A stretch of 64,000 nucleotides of DNA from Bacteroidaceae bacterium (GTDB taxonomy: Bacteria > Pseudomonadota > Gammaproteobacteria > Pseudomonadales > Moraxellaceae): assembly GCA_963599285.1 (NCBI GenBank), contig CAVBYE010000011.1, positions 13,374-77,373 on the forward strand. Reading direction: 5' to 3'. Below are positions 52,236 to 61,896 of the stretch, one piece after another (within the stretch, counting starts at the first letter, position 1; every line of letters begins with the position of its first letter). The notes under the pieces are model-generated. The model made no database searches. It was not told where the DNA came from and saw nothing but the letters and a program-made list of their open reading frames with translations. The position numbers were made by a program, and so were the translations under genes.

Positions 52236-52964
52236 TTGAGCCCAACCAATCCTGTTTTAAGCCATCACATTTCTTCGCAGTTTAACGACGAGCTGCAACG
52301 CGTGAACACCAAGTTCATGACCATGGGTGGCCTTGTGGAGCAGCAAGTTGCACATGCAATTCGTGCATTGTTAGACACCGATGCTGAAATGGCCATCGAA
52401 GTACAGTTTAAAGACAATGTCGTCAATAAATTAGAAGGCGAAATTGATGAAGCCTTGACGTTAATCTTGGCGCGTCGTCATCCAGCTGCGAGTGATTTAC
52501 GCATGGTGATTGCCTTGTCTAAGGCCAATACTGATTTAGAGCGTATTGGTGATGAAGCCGCAAAAATTGCGCGTATTGCACAAAGTCTGTGTGAAGAAGG
52601 GGGTTCTCCACGTGGTTATATGGAAACCCGTCATATTGGCAATCAAGTCAGAGTCATGATTCATGATGCCTTGGACGCTTTTGCGCGTTTAGATGTTGAC
52701 CAAGCCTTACGTGTGGTTTTGGCCGATGCGGATATTGACCGTGAATACCAGTCTGCAACACGTACTCTGATGACCTATATGATTGAAGACCCACGCCACA
52801 TTAGTCGCGTCATTAATGTGCTTTGGGTGCTCCGCTCGCTTGAGCGAATTGGTGATCATGCACGTAATATTTCTGAACAAGTGATTTATATGGTCAAGGG
52901 TTTAGATGTGCGTCATACCAGTGTTGAAGAAATTGAACAGAAGGTACAAAAAGGCTCACTCTAA
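52236..52964 (+). CDS. phoU: Phosphate signalling complex protein PhoU
   Basis: The PhoU repeats are duplicated, each with an E(R)IGD motif (LERIGDEAAKIA, LERIGDHARNI). It has a TTG start with GAGGAG upstream. Confidence 0.9.
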   Translation: MSPTNPVLSHHISSQFNDELQRVNTKFMTMGGLVEQQVAHAIRALLDTDAEMAIEVQFKDNVVNKLEGEIDEALTLILARRHPAASDLRMVIALSKANTDLERIGDEAAKIARIAQSLCEEGGSPRGYMETRHIGNQVRVMIHDALDAFARLDVDQALRVVLADADIDREYQSATRTLMTYMIEDPRHISRVINVLWVLRSLERIGDHARNISEQVIYMVKGLDVRHTSVEEIEQKVQKGSL

Positions 52965-53005
52965 GCGCTGCGTGACCGAACCCAAAGATACGTTAAAAGT
53001 CGCGT

Positions 53006-53039
53006 AAAAAAAATCCCAGACTTTGGGGGAAGCCTGGGA
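53006..53039 (-). terminator. Candidate minus-strand rho-independent terminator inside the phoU-yggX spacer
   Basis: On the minus strand the stem TCCCAG/CTGGGA with a 14-nt loop is followed by T8. It lies about 300 nt beyond the yggX terminator. Confidence 0.5.
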
Positions 53040-53320
53040 AGAAAAGGGGTTACATGTAAGATTGGGGTCATAGTCCTCTCTACAGTTGTTATTTTAGAAG
53101 TTGAACTGGGCTGTGTCTTGTGGCTTCTTGTTTGATGAATGTTGTGTTTTTTAGCGATATGTTAAAGTAATGTAATATTTGTTCATTTTTCACATATAAA
53201 AACATGAAAATGAATCTAATTTTTAGATGATATTCAATATAGATTTTTGCTTAAGTCTTCAGAATTTAGCTCATTTATTTTCAACACATTGTATTGCAGA
53301 TGTGCTGTGATGCTCAGGCC

Positions 53321-53350
53321 AAAAAAATCCCCTCGAGTGAGGGGATTTTT
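53321..53350 (-). terminator. Rho-independent terminator of yggX
   Basis: On the minus strand the stem ATCCCCTC/GAGGGGAT is followed by T7. Confidence 0.8.
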
Positions 53351-53361
53351 ACACTATAGCG

Positions 53362-53634
53362 TTAGGCTTTAGGCACTAGACCTTCTGCTTTTTCTAAAGT
53401 GTCATCATTGCTAAAGAATTTCTCACGTTGTTCTTCAAGAAACTTTTTCGCCTCAGGTTCAAACACGTTTAAACGCTTTTCATTGATGAGGGTGGTTTGG
53501 TGTTTTAACCATTCGCCCCAAGCTTGTTTAGACACAGTGTCAAGTAATTCTTGACCCTTTGCACCTGGGAACGGTGCGAAATCTAAACCTTCCATCTCTT
53601 GTTGATACTTACGGCAAAATACTTGTCGAGACAT
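53362..53634 (-). CDS. yggX: Fe(2+)-trafficking / oxidative damage protection protein YggX
   Basis: The 90-aa protein begins [24 protein letters not shown], which is characteristic of YggX. Confidence 0.9.
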   Translation of the reverse strand: MSRQVFCRKYQQEMEGLDFAPFPGAKGQELLDTVSKQAWGEWLKHQTTLINEKRLNVFEPEAKKFLEEQREKFFSNDDTLEKAEGLVPKA

Positions 53635-53660
53635 ATCAAAACTCCAAATTAGTGAAGAAA

Positions 53661-55088
53661 TTAAGCGTAAAGGGCATCTAAGCGTGCATGTGCACGTTCA
53701 ATTGCGGCTTCAACTTGTGCAGGAGCGGTACCACCAATGTGATTACGTGCATTTACAGAAGCTTCTAAAGTCAAAGCTTTTTCAAATACGTCTGCTTGGA
53801 TCAAGTCAGAGAATTGTTGTAGTTGTTCAAGCGTTAATTCAGACAAGTCTTTGCCTTCTTGAACACCAAGCGCAACCGCTTTACCGACGATTTCATGCGC
53901 ATCACGGAAGGCAACGCCATTTTTCACCAAGTAGTCTGCAAGGTCTGTTGCAGTCGAGAAACCACGAAGTGCAGCTTCACGCATGATGTCGATGTTTGGA
54001 ACCAGTGCAGGAATCATGTCTGCAAATGCCATCACTGAACCACGAACGGTATCAATGGCATCAAATAAGGGTTCTTTGTCTTCTTGGTTGTCTTTGTTGT
54101 ATGCCAACGGTTGACCTTTCATCAGGGTCAATAGGCTGATTAAGTCGCCATACACACGGCCAGTCTTACCACGGATTAACTCAGGCACGTCTGGGTTTTT
54201 CTTTTGTGGCATGATTGAAGAGCCCGTACAGAAACGGTCAGGAATGTTGACAAATTTGAACTGTGCAGAAGTCCAAAGAATCATCTCTTCCGACATACGC
54301 GACAAGTGCATCATAATTAAAGATGCTGCTGCATTGAACTCAATACCGAAGTCACGGTCAGAAACGGCATCCAATGAGTTTTCACATACCGCTTCAAAAC
54401 CTAAAAGCTCAGCCGTGTAAGCACGGTCGATTGGGTAAGTTGTACCTGCAAGCGCAGCAGAACCGAGTGGTAAGCGGTTGACACGTTTACGGCAGTCAAT
54501 CAGACGTTCAGAGTCACGAACCAACATTTCAAACCAAGCCATTAAATGGTGACCAAAAGTCACAGGCTGAGCGGTTTGAAGATGGGTAAAGCCCGGCATA
54601 ATGGTGTTGGTGTTTTTTGCAGCTAAACCCAAAATACCTTTTTGTAATTTTTTCAATAATTCTAAAATGGCATCGATTTCATCACGTACATATAAACGAA
54701 TGTCGGTTGCCACTTGGTCATTACGGCTACGGCCAGTGTGCAGTTTTTTACCCGTAATGCCAATACGTTGAGTTAAACGTGATTCAATGTTCATGTGCAC
54801 ATCTTCAAGGTCGATGCGCCATTCAAAGTTACCTGCTTCAATATCTGCTTTAATTGCAGTTAAGCCTTGAATAATATCGTCACGTTCTTGTTCAGTCAGA
54901 ACACCAACTTTTGCCAGCATGGTTGCGTGTGCAATTGAGCCTGCAATGTCTTGTTTATAAAAACGTTGGTCAAATTGTACAGATGCGGTAAATTCTGCAA
55001 CGAAAGCGTCAGTCGCTTCAGAGAAGCGGCCGCCCCACATGCCTGAAGTTTGGGCTTGTGTATTTGAGGAATTAGAAGATGTGGTCAT
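53661..55088 (-). CDS. argH: Argininosuccinate lyase
   Basis: The sequence [10 protein letters not shown] and the fumarate-lyase signature [12 protein letters not shown] are present. An alternative start is at 55040 (MWGGRF). Confidence 0.95.
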   Translation of the reverse strand: MTTSSNSSNTQAQTSGMWGGRFSEATDAFVAEFTASVQFDQRFYKQDIAGSIAHATMLAKVGVLTEQERDDIIQGLTAIKADIEAGNFEWRIDLEDVHMNIESRLTQRIGITGKKLHTGRSRNDQVATDIRLYVRDEIDAILELLKKLQKGILGLAAKNTNTIMPGFTHLQTAQPVTFGHHLMAWFEMLVRDSERLIDCRKRVNRLPLGSAALAGTTYPIDRAYTAELLGFEAVCENSLDAVSDRDFGIEFNAAASLIMMHLSRMSEEMILWTSAQFKFVNIPDRFCTGSSIMPQKKNPDVPELIRGKTGRVYGDLISLLTLMKGQPLAYNKDNQEDKEPLFDAIDTVRGSVMAFADMIPALVPNIDIMREAALRGFSTATDLADYLVKNGVAFRDAHEIVGKAVALGVQEGKDLSELTLEQLQQFSDLIQADVFEKALTLEASVNARNHIGGTAPAQVEAAIERAHARLDALYA

Positions 55089-55120
55089 GTCGGCTCAATA
55101 AAAAAAGCAGTGATTTAACA

Positions 55121-56230
55121 ATGAGTATAACAAATTCGAAACCACTTGCTGAAAAACAAGGCATTCAAACTGTTCAGGCTACGTCAGATCTGACGCAGTT
55201 GAGCTATTTTTTTCCGAAAAATGGGCGTTGGCAACACTTAATTGAGTTATTTATTGCCAGTAATATTTTAGCCATGTTGTTGGCATTGGCTGAAGCACAG
55301 GGTTGGAGTAATTTTAGTGTAAGCCGTTGGCTTGAATATGCTTTATATATCAATTGGGTATTGCTGTGCTTTGTGGCCTGCTTTGAAAAAATTCACCGTA
55401 AACTGAGCACATGGCACTTAAGCCAAATTTTGGTGCTTGGTTTTGTTTTATTACAAAGTATTGTGTTGCTCACCAGTCTTAGCCTGAATGTATTGTGGCA
55501 TTTTGGCGGGCATTGGCATTTTCAAAGCTTTAGCTCGGCCATGTTATGGGATGGCGTGATCCTGCATTTAAGCTATGGAGCGTTGTTGGGTTTATTTTGT
55601 TTTCGCTACGTATTTTTACGTGAACAATGGCTGCGCCAGCAGCAAAGTGAACTAAAAGCCCGTATTCAAGCCTTACAAGCGCGTATTCATCCGCATTTTT
55701 TATTTAATAGCTTAAACAATGTATTGAGCTTAATTAGCATTGACCCTGATAAGGCAGAGCAGATGCTATTGGACTTGTCACATCTCTTTCGTGCCAGTCT
55801 GCAAGAGTTAAAATTGGTCAATCTGAAAGATGAAATTGAGCTATGTCAGCGTTATTTAGCCATTGAGAAAATTCGTTTGGGTGAACGGCTGAACATTGAA
55901 TGGAAATTTGTGCATTTAGAACGTGCTCGCCATGCCGCTATTCCCTTACTGACCTTACAGCCGTTGTTAGAAAACAGTATTTTTCACGGCGTTGAAAAAA
56001 TTCTTAGCCCCAGCACGGTGACTATTTTCGTTGAAGTGCTTGAAAAACACGTTAATATTGTTATTAGCAACCCTTATCAGCTTGCAGCTGAAGGTCTACG
56101 TCCAAGCCATGGTGTCGCACTCGACAATGTCAAACAGCGCTTGGTGGCTTATTTTGGCGATGGGGTAACATTTCAAAACTATGCAGGCGATGGAATATTT
56201 ACTACAGTGGTACAATATCCGTATAAATAA
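55121..56230 (+). CDS. algZ: LytS/AlgZ(FimS)-type sensor histidine kinase
   Basis: The N-terminus is multi-TM. The His_kinase (PF06580-type) motif HPHFLFNSLNNV is present. The gene is divergent from argH and upstream of algR-hemC, as in Pseudomonas. The start is uncertain. Confidence 0.8.
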   Translation: MSITNSKPLAEKQGIQTVQATSDLTQLSYFFPKNGRWQHLIELFIASNILAMLLALAEAQGWSNFSVSRWLEYALYINWVLLCFVACFEKIHRKLSTWHLSQILVLGFVLLQSIVLLTSLSLNVLWHFGGHWHFQSFSSAMLWDGVILHLSYGALLGLFCFRYVFLREQWLRQQQSELKARIQALQARIHPHFLFNSLNNVLSLISIDPDKAEQMLLDLSHLFRASLQELKLVNLKDEIELCQRYLAIEKIRLGERLNIEWKFVHLERARHAAIPLLTLQPLLENSIFHGVEKILSPSTVTIFVEVLEKHVNIVISNPYQLAAEGLRPSHGVALDNVKQRLVAYFGDGVTFQNYAGDGIFTTVVQYPYK

Positions 56231-56308
56231 TTGAAATACTTTGCTTACACTGCACAACAAAATTATAACCAGCAAAGTGAGGTGGAATTTTAGGATAAAG
56301 GAGGACGC

Positions 56309-57046
56309 ATGGACATCCTGATTTGTGATGACGAAGTTTTAGCAACACAGCGTCTATCACGTTTGGTCGAAAATCTAGGACATGAAGTGGTTGCAGTGGC
56401 ACATCATGGCCAGCAAGCGATTGAGTTGACTAAATTACATCAACCTGATGTCGTATTATTAGATATTCAAATGCCTGAAATGGACGGTTTAGTCTGTGCA
56501 CAGTATTTGCGTGCCTTAAGCCCCATGCCAGCCATTGTGTTTTGCACAGCATATGATGAACATGCTTTAGCAGCATTTCGTACCGCGGATGGCTATTTAC
56601 TCAAACCCATTATGCAACAGGATTTGCAACAGGTTTTAGAACAGCTGACTCAAGTTAACCAAGCTCAATTGAGCACATTAAAACAACAAGAATATATGGA
56701 CGACGCGCAAACAAAACGCCAGCACATTGCGGCAAAAACCTACCGTGGGGTAGAACTGGTGCCAATAGAAAATATTTACTATTTCTTGGCAGATCAAAAA
56801 TATGTCACTGTCCGACACAAACATGGCAGTGTGTTGATTGATGAAACCTTAAAAGATTTAGAGCAAGAATTTGCAGATCAATTCATCCGAATTCATCGTA
56901 ACGCCTTGGTCTCGATTCATTATTTAGATGGCTTAGAATTATTGGGTGCGGGTCAATATCAGGTCCGTTGTCGTGAGCTTGAAGAACGCTTGGCCGTGAG
57001 TCGGCGTCATCTACCAAGTTTAAGAGAACGTATTCAAAAGTTATAA
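56309..57046 (+). CDS. algR: LytTR-family response regulator AlgR
   Basis: The protein has a receiver domain (ILICDDE...LDIQMPEMDG) and a C-terminal LytTR domain (FIRIHRNALV). Confidence 0.85.
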   Translation: MDILICDDEVLATQRLSRLVENLGHEVVAVAHHGQQAIELTKLHQPDVVLLDIQMPEMDGLVCAQYLRALSPMPAIVFCTAYDEHALAAFRTADGYLLKPIMQQDLQQVLEQLTQVNQAQLSTLKQQEYMDDAQTKRQHIAAKTYRGVELVPIENIYYFLADQKYVTVRHKHGSVLIDETLKDLEQEFADQFIRIHRNALVSIHYLDGLELLGAGQYQVRCRELEERLAVSRRHLPSLRERIQKL

Positions 57047-57111
57047 ATAGACTTGATTTTTTAAGTGATCAGGTTAAGTTTAGAGATATCGTAACTTAGA
57101 TCTTAGACCTT

Positions 57112-58035
57112 ATGAAAACCCTGAAAATTGCCACTCGACAAAGTCCTCTTGCGCTTTGGCAAGCGGAGCATATCCGTGCGCGTTTAGAAAGCCTGCATGC
57201 AGATTTAACTGTTGAGTTGGTGACCTTTGTCACTCAGGGCGACAAAATTTTAGATACGCCATTGGCAAAAATTGGCGGTAAGGGTTTATTTGTTAAAGAA
57301 TTAGAAGCGGCGCTCTTAGATGGTCGTGCCGACCTTGCAGTACATTCGATGAAAGATGTACCAATGGCTTTGCCTGAAGGCTTATCTCTTGCGGTGATTT
57401 GTGAACGTGAAGATCCTTTAGATGCGTTTGTATCGAATCAATATGAAAGTTTTGATGCCTTACCGCAAGGGGCCAAAGTGGGCACTTCAAGCTTGCGTCG
57501 TAAATGCCAAATCTTACAGGCTCGACCAGATTTAGAAATTCTTGACCTACGTGGTAACGTTGGTACACGTCTCTCTAAACTTGATGCTGATCAATATGAT
57601 GCGATTATTCTCGCAAGTGCAGGCCTAAAGCGTTTAGCGATGCCAGAACGTATTCGTCATTGTTTAGATGCCAAAGTCAGCCTGCCTGCGGTGGGTCAAG
57701 GGGCCTTAGGTTTAGAGTGTCGCGAAGGTGATCAAGCGGTATTAGAGCTGATTTTGCCGTTAATGCATGACGAGACCAATGTGTGTGTGCGTGCAGAGCG
57801 TGCCTTTAATGCCTACTTAGAGGGCGGTTGCCAAGTGCCAATCGCAGGGTATGCCACCTTGGTCGAGGGACAACTTGAGCTTGAAGGCCGCGTGGGCAGT
57901 GTAGATGGAGCAACTTTGCTTAAAGCACAGGTTCAAGGTGCACCTGAGCAAGCTGAAGAATTAGGGGTGGAATTGGCGAAAAAACTCTTGGCCCAAGGTG
58001 CAGGTGAATTACTAAAAGCACTGTATCAACACTAA
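57112..58035 (+). CDS. hemC: Hydroxymethylbilane synthase
   Basis: The sequences [17 protein letters not shown] and GTSSLRR, and the dipyrromethane Cys region (EGGCQVPI), are present. Confidence 0.95.
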   Translation: MKTLKIATRQSPLALWQAEHIRARLESLHADLTVELVTFVTQGDKILDTPLAKIGGKGLFVKELEAALLDGRADLAVHSMKDVPMALPEGLSLAVICEREDPLDAFVSNQYESFDALPQGAKVGTSSLRRKCQILQARPDLEILDLRGNVGTRLSKLDADQYDAIILASAGLKRLAMPERIRHCLDAKVSLPAVGQGALGLECREGDQAVLELILPLMHDETNVCVRAERAFNAYLEGGCQVPIAGYATLVEGQLELEGRVGSVDGATLLKAQVQGAPEQAEELGVELAKKLLAQGAGELLKALYQH

Positions 58036-58036
58036 G

Positions 58037-58810
58037 ATGTTGTTCGTTAATACCCGTCCTACAGACCGTGCAGCTGCTTTAAGTGCTGCACTGTCTGCCA
58101 AGCACATCGCGGTGTTTGAACTGCCTTTACTCGAGCTTGAAGCTCTGCCATGGTCTGCTGCGCTTGCGGCATGTTATCAGCAGTTGCTTGGGGCACAGGT
58201 GATTGTGGTGGTGAGTCCTACAGCGGTGCAAATTGGGATGCAGTATTTGCTGCAAAGTGGTATCCAACTTGGCCAACTGCAACACATCACATGGATTGCT
58301 GTGGGTGAGAAAACCGCGCAGCACCTAGCAGCCTACGGGATTGATGCGCTTATTCCAGAGATTGAAACCTCTGAGGGAATGCTCAGCTTAGCGCCACTAC
58401 GTCAGTTGGCTTCGCACAGTACGGTGGCATTTTGGCGAGGGGAAGGTGGGCGTCAGTTTATGATGCAGCATTTACAACAGTTGGGCATACAGGTGATTAA
58501 CTGTGTTTTGTATCAACGTCGCTGTCCTGCACAGTCAACGCTCAAAGCGCAGCAGTTGCGTGAATTGCTACAGCAACCACAACCGTATCATGTGCTGATC
58601 AGCAGTGAAGCGAGTTGGTTAAATTGGTGTACACTGTTTCAGCAAACCCCTCAGCTGATTGCGAACGCACACTATGTGGTTTTAGGTGAGCGACTCTATC
58701 AACTCCTGCTGCATGACCGCCAGCAACAACAGTTGAATTTCCAAGTGATGCAGCTGAGTCAGCTTGAGCCAGCGCGGCTCGTAGATGCGCTCGTACAAGG
58801 AAAACCATGA
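58037..58810 (+). CDS. hemD: Uroporphyrinogen-III synthase
   Basis: The call rests on the position after hemC, the 257-aa size and a HemD-like N-terminus (LFVNTRP). Sequence conservation is low, as is usual for HemD. Confidence 0.8.
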   Translation: MLFVNTRPTDRAAALSAALSAKHIAVFELPLLELEALPWSAALAACYQQLLGAQVIVVVSPTAVQIGMQYLLQSGIQLGQLQHITWIAVGEKTAQHLAAYGIDALIPEIETSEGMLSLAPLRQLASHSTVAFWRGEGGRQFMMQHLQQLGIQVINCVLYQRRCPAQSTLKAQQLRELLQQPQPYHVLISSEASWLNWCTLFQQTPQLIANAHYVVLGERLYQLLLHDRQQQQLNFQVMQLSQLEPARLVDALVQGKP

Positions 58811-59631
58811 AGAAATTGACGATTTTGTTGAGTGGCATTGCGCTTGTGTGGCTGTCGATACTCAGCTACCACAGTTGGCAGATCACCCAACAGTCACAGC
58901 AGTTAGCGCAACAATTGCATCAGTCAAAAAAAGATGCTGCGAGCCTAAATGATCGCTTAGTGGCATTACAACGTCAGGCGATGCAGCCCACTGCTGTAAA
59001 AACCCCTGAGCCAACTGAATCTAAAACGCCTCAAATTCAGCCTTTAGCACTGATTCAACAACAACTCGACCTGATTGAGTTTGCGTTACAGCAACAACAA
59101 TATGGTTATGCTTTAGAAAAGCTTGAGCATTTAGATATGCAGTTGTTGGAGTACGACATGGCTGAGCCGCTTAAGCAAAGCTTGATACAGGCTTTAATTC
59201 AAGATCGTCAAAATATTCAAAGCTTTGTGAATGAACGTCAGCAGCAACAGCAAAAGGTGAATCAACTTTTACATCAGCTTGATCAAGATCTGACCCGTGA
59301 AGCACAACAACCCAATTTAAAGGTGAATGCAGCAGCAGATGCACCTTTTTGGCAGCAATGGTTGAAGTTAGAACCTGCAGATCAAGCAGCCACGCAGTTA
59401 ATGCAGCGTCAATTTGTGCTAAAAGAGGCACAGCTGCATTTACTTTTGGCACGGCAGTTACTATTGCAAGGTCAGTCGGTTGCATATCAGCAGGAAATGA
59501 CGACGGTGATTGCAATCCTCAATCGCCTACCTGATCAACATGCTCAGGCCTTGCGCCGTCAGCTTGAATCTGTCCAAGGCATTACCACCTTGCCGACACC
59601 AAGTTTAACCACACGTGCATTGTTGAGGTAA
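58807..59631 (+). CDS. hemX: HemX-like membrane protein (often annotated as uroporphyrinogen-III C-methyltransferase)
   Basis: The protein has a single N-terminal TM helix and a Gln-rich coiled coil. It occupies the hemCDXY position and overlaps hemD by 4 nt. Confidence 0.65.
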   Translation: MKKLTILLSGIALVWLSILSYHSWQITQQSQQLAQQLHQSKKDAASLNDRLVALQRQAMQPTAVKTPEPTESKTPQIQPLALIQQQLDLIEFALQQQQYGYALEKLEHLDMQLLEYDMAEPLKQSLIQALIQDRQNIQSFVNERQQQQQKVNQLLHQLDQDLTREAQQPNLKVNAAADAPFWQQWLKLEPADQAATQLMQRQFVLKEAQLHLLLARQLLLQGQSVAYQQEMTTVIAILNRLPDQHAQALRRQLESVQGITTLPTPSLTTRALLR

Positions 59632-59635
59632 GTTG

Positions 59636-60826
59636 ATGCGACAGATCCTAGCGGCCTATGCCGTGATAACCCTCATTGTGTTTGCGAGCTTAAGTGTGTT
59701 GAGCTATGGACACGGGCCAGGCTATGTCTATATGCATTGGCGTGATTGGCAATTACAAACCAATCTTTGGGTCTTCTGTATAGGTTTGGCCGTGCTCAGT
59801 CTACTGACGCAACTGATTTGGTTTGGACTCAAACGTTATTTCAGCCGTCAGCAGCGGCGTTTAGCCACCGTATTTCAATTTCAAAATTTACACCCTTATG
59901 AACAGTTGGCTGTAATTTGGCTGCTTGATGCCGAACAAGATCAACAAGCCTTTATTGCCACCGTGTTTCACCAATCGGCATTACTTGAGGGCTTAATGCA
60001 GGCTCGTATGCAGAGTTTACGTGGTGATCATGATGCGGCATTGCTCAGCCTGAAGCAGACGCCACCGATGGCCTTTGAATTGGCAGAGTTGCAACGTATT
60101 GAGATTTTATTGGCACAGCAACAGGCACAAGCTGCGCTGACCCATTTAGAATTTTTAAATCAACACGCTTTATCGCCGTGGCTCGGTGCTGTAGCAGAGG
60201 CTTATCAGCAGCGCTTAGTGGTGTTATGGGGCAAGTTTGCGATGCAATTCCCTTGGTTATATTTGCGTGCAACCCAATACGGCCATTTAGAAACTGACAC
60301 CAAACAGGCATGGTTAGCGCAAGTATTGCTGCAATTTGATCAAGCCAGTGCGGAAGATTTACAGCATCTCGCGCAGCGTTATATCGATCTACAGCCCGAT
60401 TTTGCACAAAAAGACTATGACGTGAAAGTGTTATGGCTCAAAGTGATTACCCGCTTACCGCAATTAATGCCACAACGTGAGCAATTGGCACATGCTTTAT
60501 TGGATCAACAATTTAATGAAGATGTGTTTTATTTATGGTTTGAACAGCAGCTATTAAATCCAGCACCTGATTATCGAGCGATTGAGCAAGATATTTTAAC
60601 TTGGGAGCAGCGCTACCCTAGTGTGCCCGTATTAAGTTTTGCCAAATATTATGTTTATCAAGCTACGGGACGTGCACAAGAGGCCGCTGCATTATTAGAT
60701 TTATATCCTGATCATGTGTTAATGAATTATTTACGTGTCAGAGCTGCATTAAATCAACCTGAACTCATTCAACAATTAAATATTATTTTTGAAAATAACA
60801 GCAATTATATTGGTATGAATATTTAA
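59636..60826 (+). CDS. hemY: HemY-like protein (HemY N-terminal domain, TPR-like C-terminus)
   Basis: The protein has two N-terminal TM helices and a helical-repeat C-terminus. It follows hemX. Confidence 0.7.
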   Translation: MRQILAAYAVITLIVFASLSVLSYGHGPGYVYMHWRDWQLQTNLWVFCIGLAVLSLLTQLIWFGLKRYFSRQQRRLATVFQFQNLHPYEQLAVIWLLDAEQDQQAFIATVFHQSALLEGLMQARMQSLRGDHDAALLSLKQTPPMAFELAELQRIEILLAQQQAQAALTHLEFLNQHALSPWLGAVAEAYQQRLVVLWGKFAMQFPWLYLRATQYGHLETDTKQAWLAQVLLQFDQASAEDLQHLAQRYIDLQPDFAQKDYDVKVLWLKVITRLPQLMPQREQLAHALLDQQFNEDVFYLWFEQQLLNPAPDYRAIEQDILTWEQRYPSVPVLSFAKYYVYQATGRAQEAAALLDLYPDHVLMNYLRVRAALNQPELIQQLNIIFENNSNYIGMNI

Positions 60827-60838
60827 GAGTATATTAAC

Positions 60839-61267
60839 ATGTCATTAACATTAGATGATTATAAAATTATATTTGAACAGCGCGTTGATTGGGGAGATAT
60901 GGATGCCCTAGGTCATGTCAATAATGTCATCTATTACCGATATATTGAAAATGCGCGTATTTATTATATGGATCAATTAAATATTCGTCGTGCCGATATC
61001 AATACGGTCATTGCATCAAGCCAGTGTCGCTATTTACGCCCAACGGTTTATCCGGATCAATTAAGTATAGGTATCCGTATTGAAGAAATACGCAATAGTG
61101 CGATTCGTATGAGTTATTTGCTCTACAGTCAGCAACAACAGCAAGTTGTTGCAGTGGCTGAGGCGGTACAAGTCATGTTAGATAAGCACACTCAGCAAAA
61201 GACACCAATTCCCGATGAATTAAGACAACGGATTTTAGCGTTAGAAACGCATTTAGAAACAAAATAG
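60839..61267 (+). CDS. Acyl-CoA thioesterase (4HBT/YbgC-like hot-dog fold)
   Basis: The motif VDWGDMDALGHVNNVIYYRY is typical of 4HBT thioesterases. Confidence 0.8.
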   Translation: MSLTLDDYKIIFEQRVDWGDMDALGHVNNVIYYRYIENARIYYMDQLNIRRADINTVIASSQCRYLRPTVYPDQLSIGIRIEEIRNSAIRMSYLLYSQQQQQVVAVAEAVQVMLDKHTQQKTPIPDELRQRILALETHLETK

Positions 61268-61336
61268 TTTTTCACACAAATTAATTTATTTTTATCTATA
61301 TTTATCCTCGCTTATTTGCTATTTTTTCACGGTTCA

Positions 61337-61375
61337 AATATTTAAATAAATAAAAATATTCTGAATATTTAAATA
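61337..61375. repeat. Two copies of AATATTTAAATA (61337-61348 and 61364-61375) in the AT-rich hns upstream region
   Basis: Read directly from the sequence. The two copies start 27 bp apart. Confidence 0.9.
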
Positions 61376-61408
61376 TGGCACATGGATCAAATAAACGAGG
61401 ATTTTAAA

Positions 61409-61732
61409 ATGCCTGATATTAGTAATTTATCGGTTGAAGAATTAAAGAAGTTACAACTTGAAGCTGAAGCTTTAATTGCATCGAAAGAAGATCAAGCCAT
61501 TGCAGATGCTTATCAGCAAATTATGGCGATTGCGAACCATGTGGGTTTGAGTATTGATCAAATTCTAGAATTTGGTGAACAAAAACGTAAAAAAACCACC
61601 CGTAAAGTGGTTGAACCGCGTTACCGTAACCGTGAAAATACTGAGCAAACGTGGACTGGTCGTGGCAAACAACCACGTTGGTTGGTGGCTGAATTAGAAA
61701 AAGGTGCCAAGCTTGAGGACTTCTTAATTTAA
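61409..61732 (+). CDS. hns: H-NS family nucleoid-associated protein
   Basis: The protein has an N-terminal coiled coil and the C-terminal DNA-binding motif TWTGRGKQPRWL. GAGGA lies upstream of ATG 61409. Confidence 0.85.
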   Translation: MPDISNLSVEELKKLQLEAEALIASKEDQAIADAYQQIMAIANHVGLSIDQILEFGEQKRKKTTRKVVEPRYRNRENTEQTWTGRGKQPRWLVAELEKGAKLEDFLI

Positions 61733-61769
61733 GTTTTCATGGCTTTGTCATCTGTATGGATTAAAGTCT

Positions 61770-61801
61770 AAAAACCAAGCTCAGTTGCTTGGTTTTTTTT
61801 T
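61770..61801 (+). terminator. Rho-independent terminator
   Basis: The stem CCAAGC/GCTTGG is followed by T9. Confidence 0.8.
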
Positions 61802-61896
61802 AACTTGTGCAATTGGCGATAGAAAAAAAGTATGCATAATGGGCGTTGATGAAAAAATATCCCAAGGGTCGTTTAAACAATGTTGGTTGTAGTGGG

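Noticed and set aside
53043-53097. Short minus-strand ORF (MTPILHVTPF...) downstream of a GAGAGGA sequence in the phoU-yggX spacer
   Set aside because: The SD-ATG spacing is only about 3 nt. The reading frame also runs straight through the terminator hairpin and T-tract into the phoU 3' end. It is more likely part of a non-coding transcript.
60045-60407. 120-aa minus-strand ORF. The same applies to 59171..59515 and 62950..63360.
   Set aside because: These are antisense shadows inside hemY, hemX and gspC. They have no independent signals.
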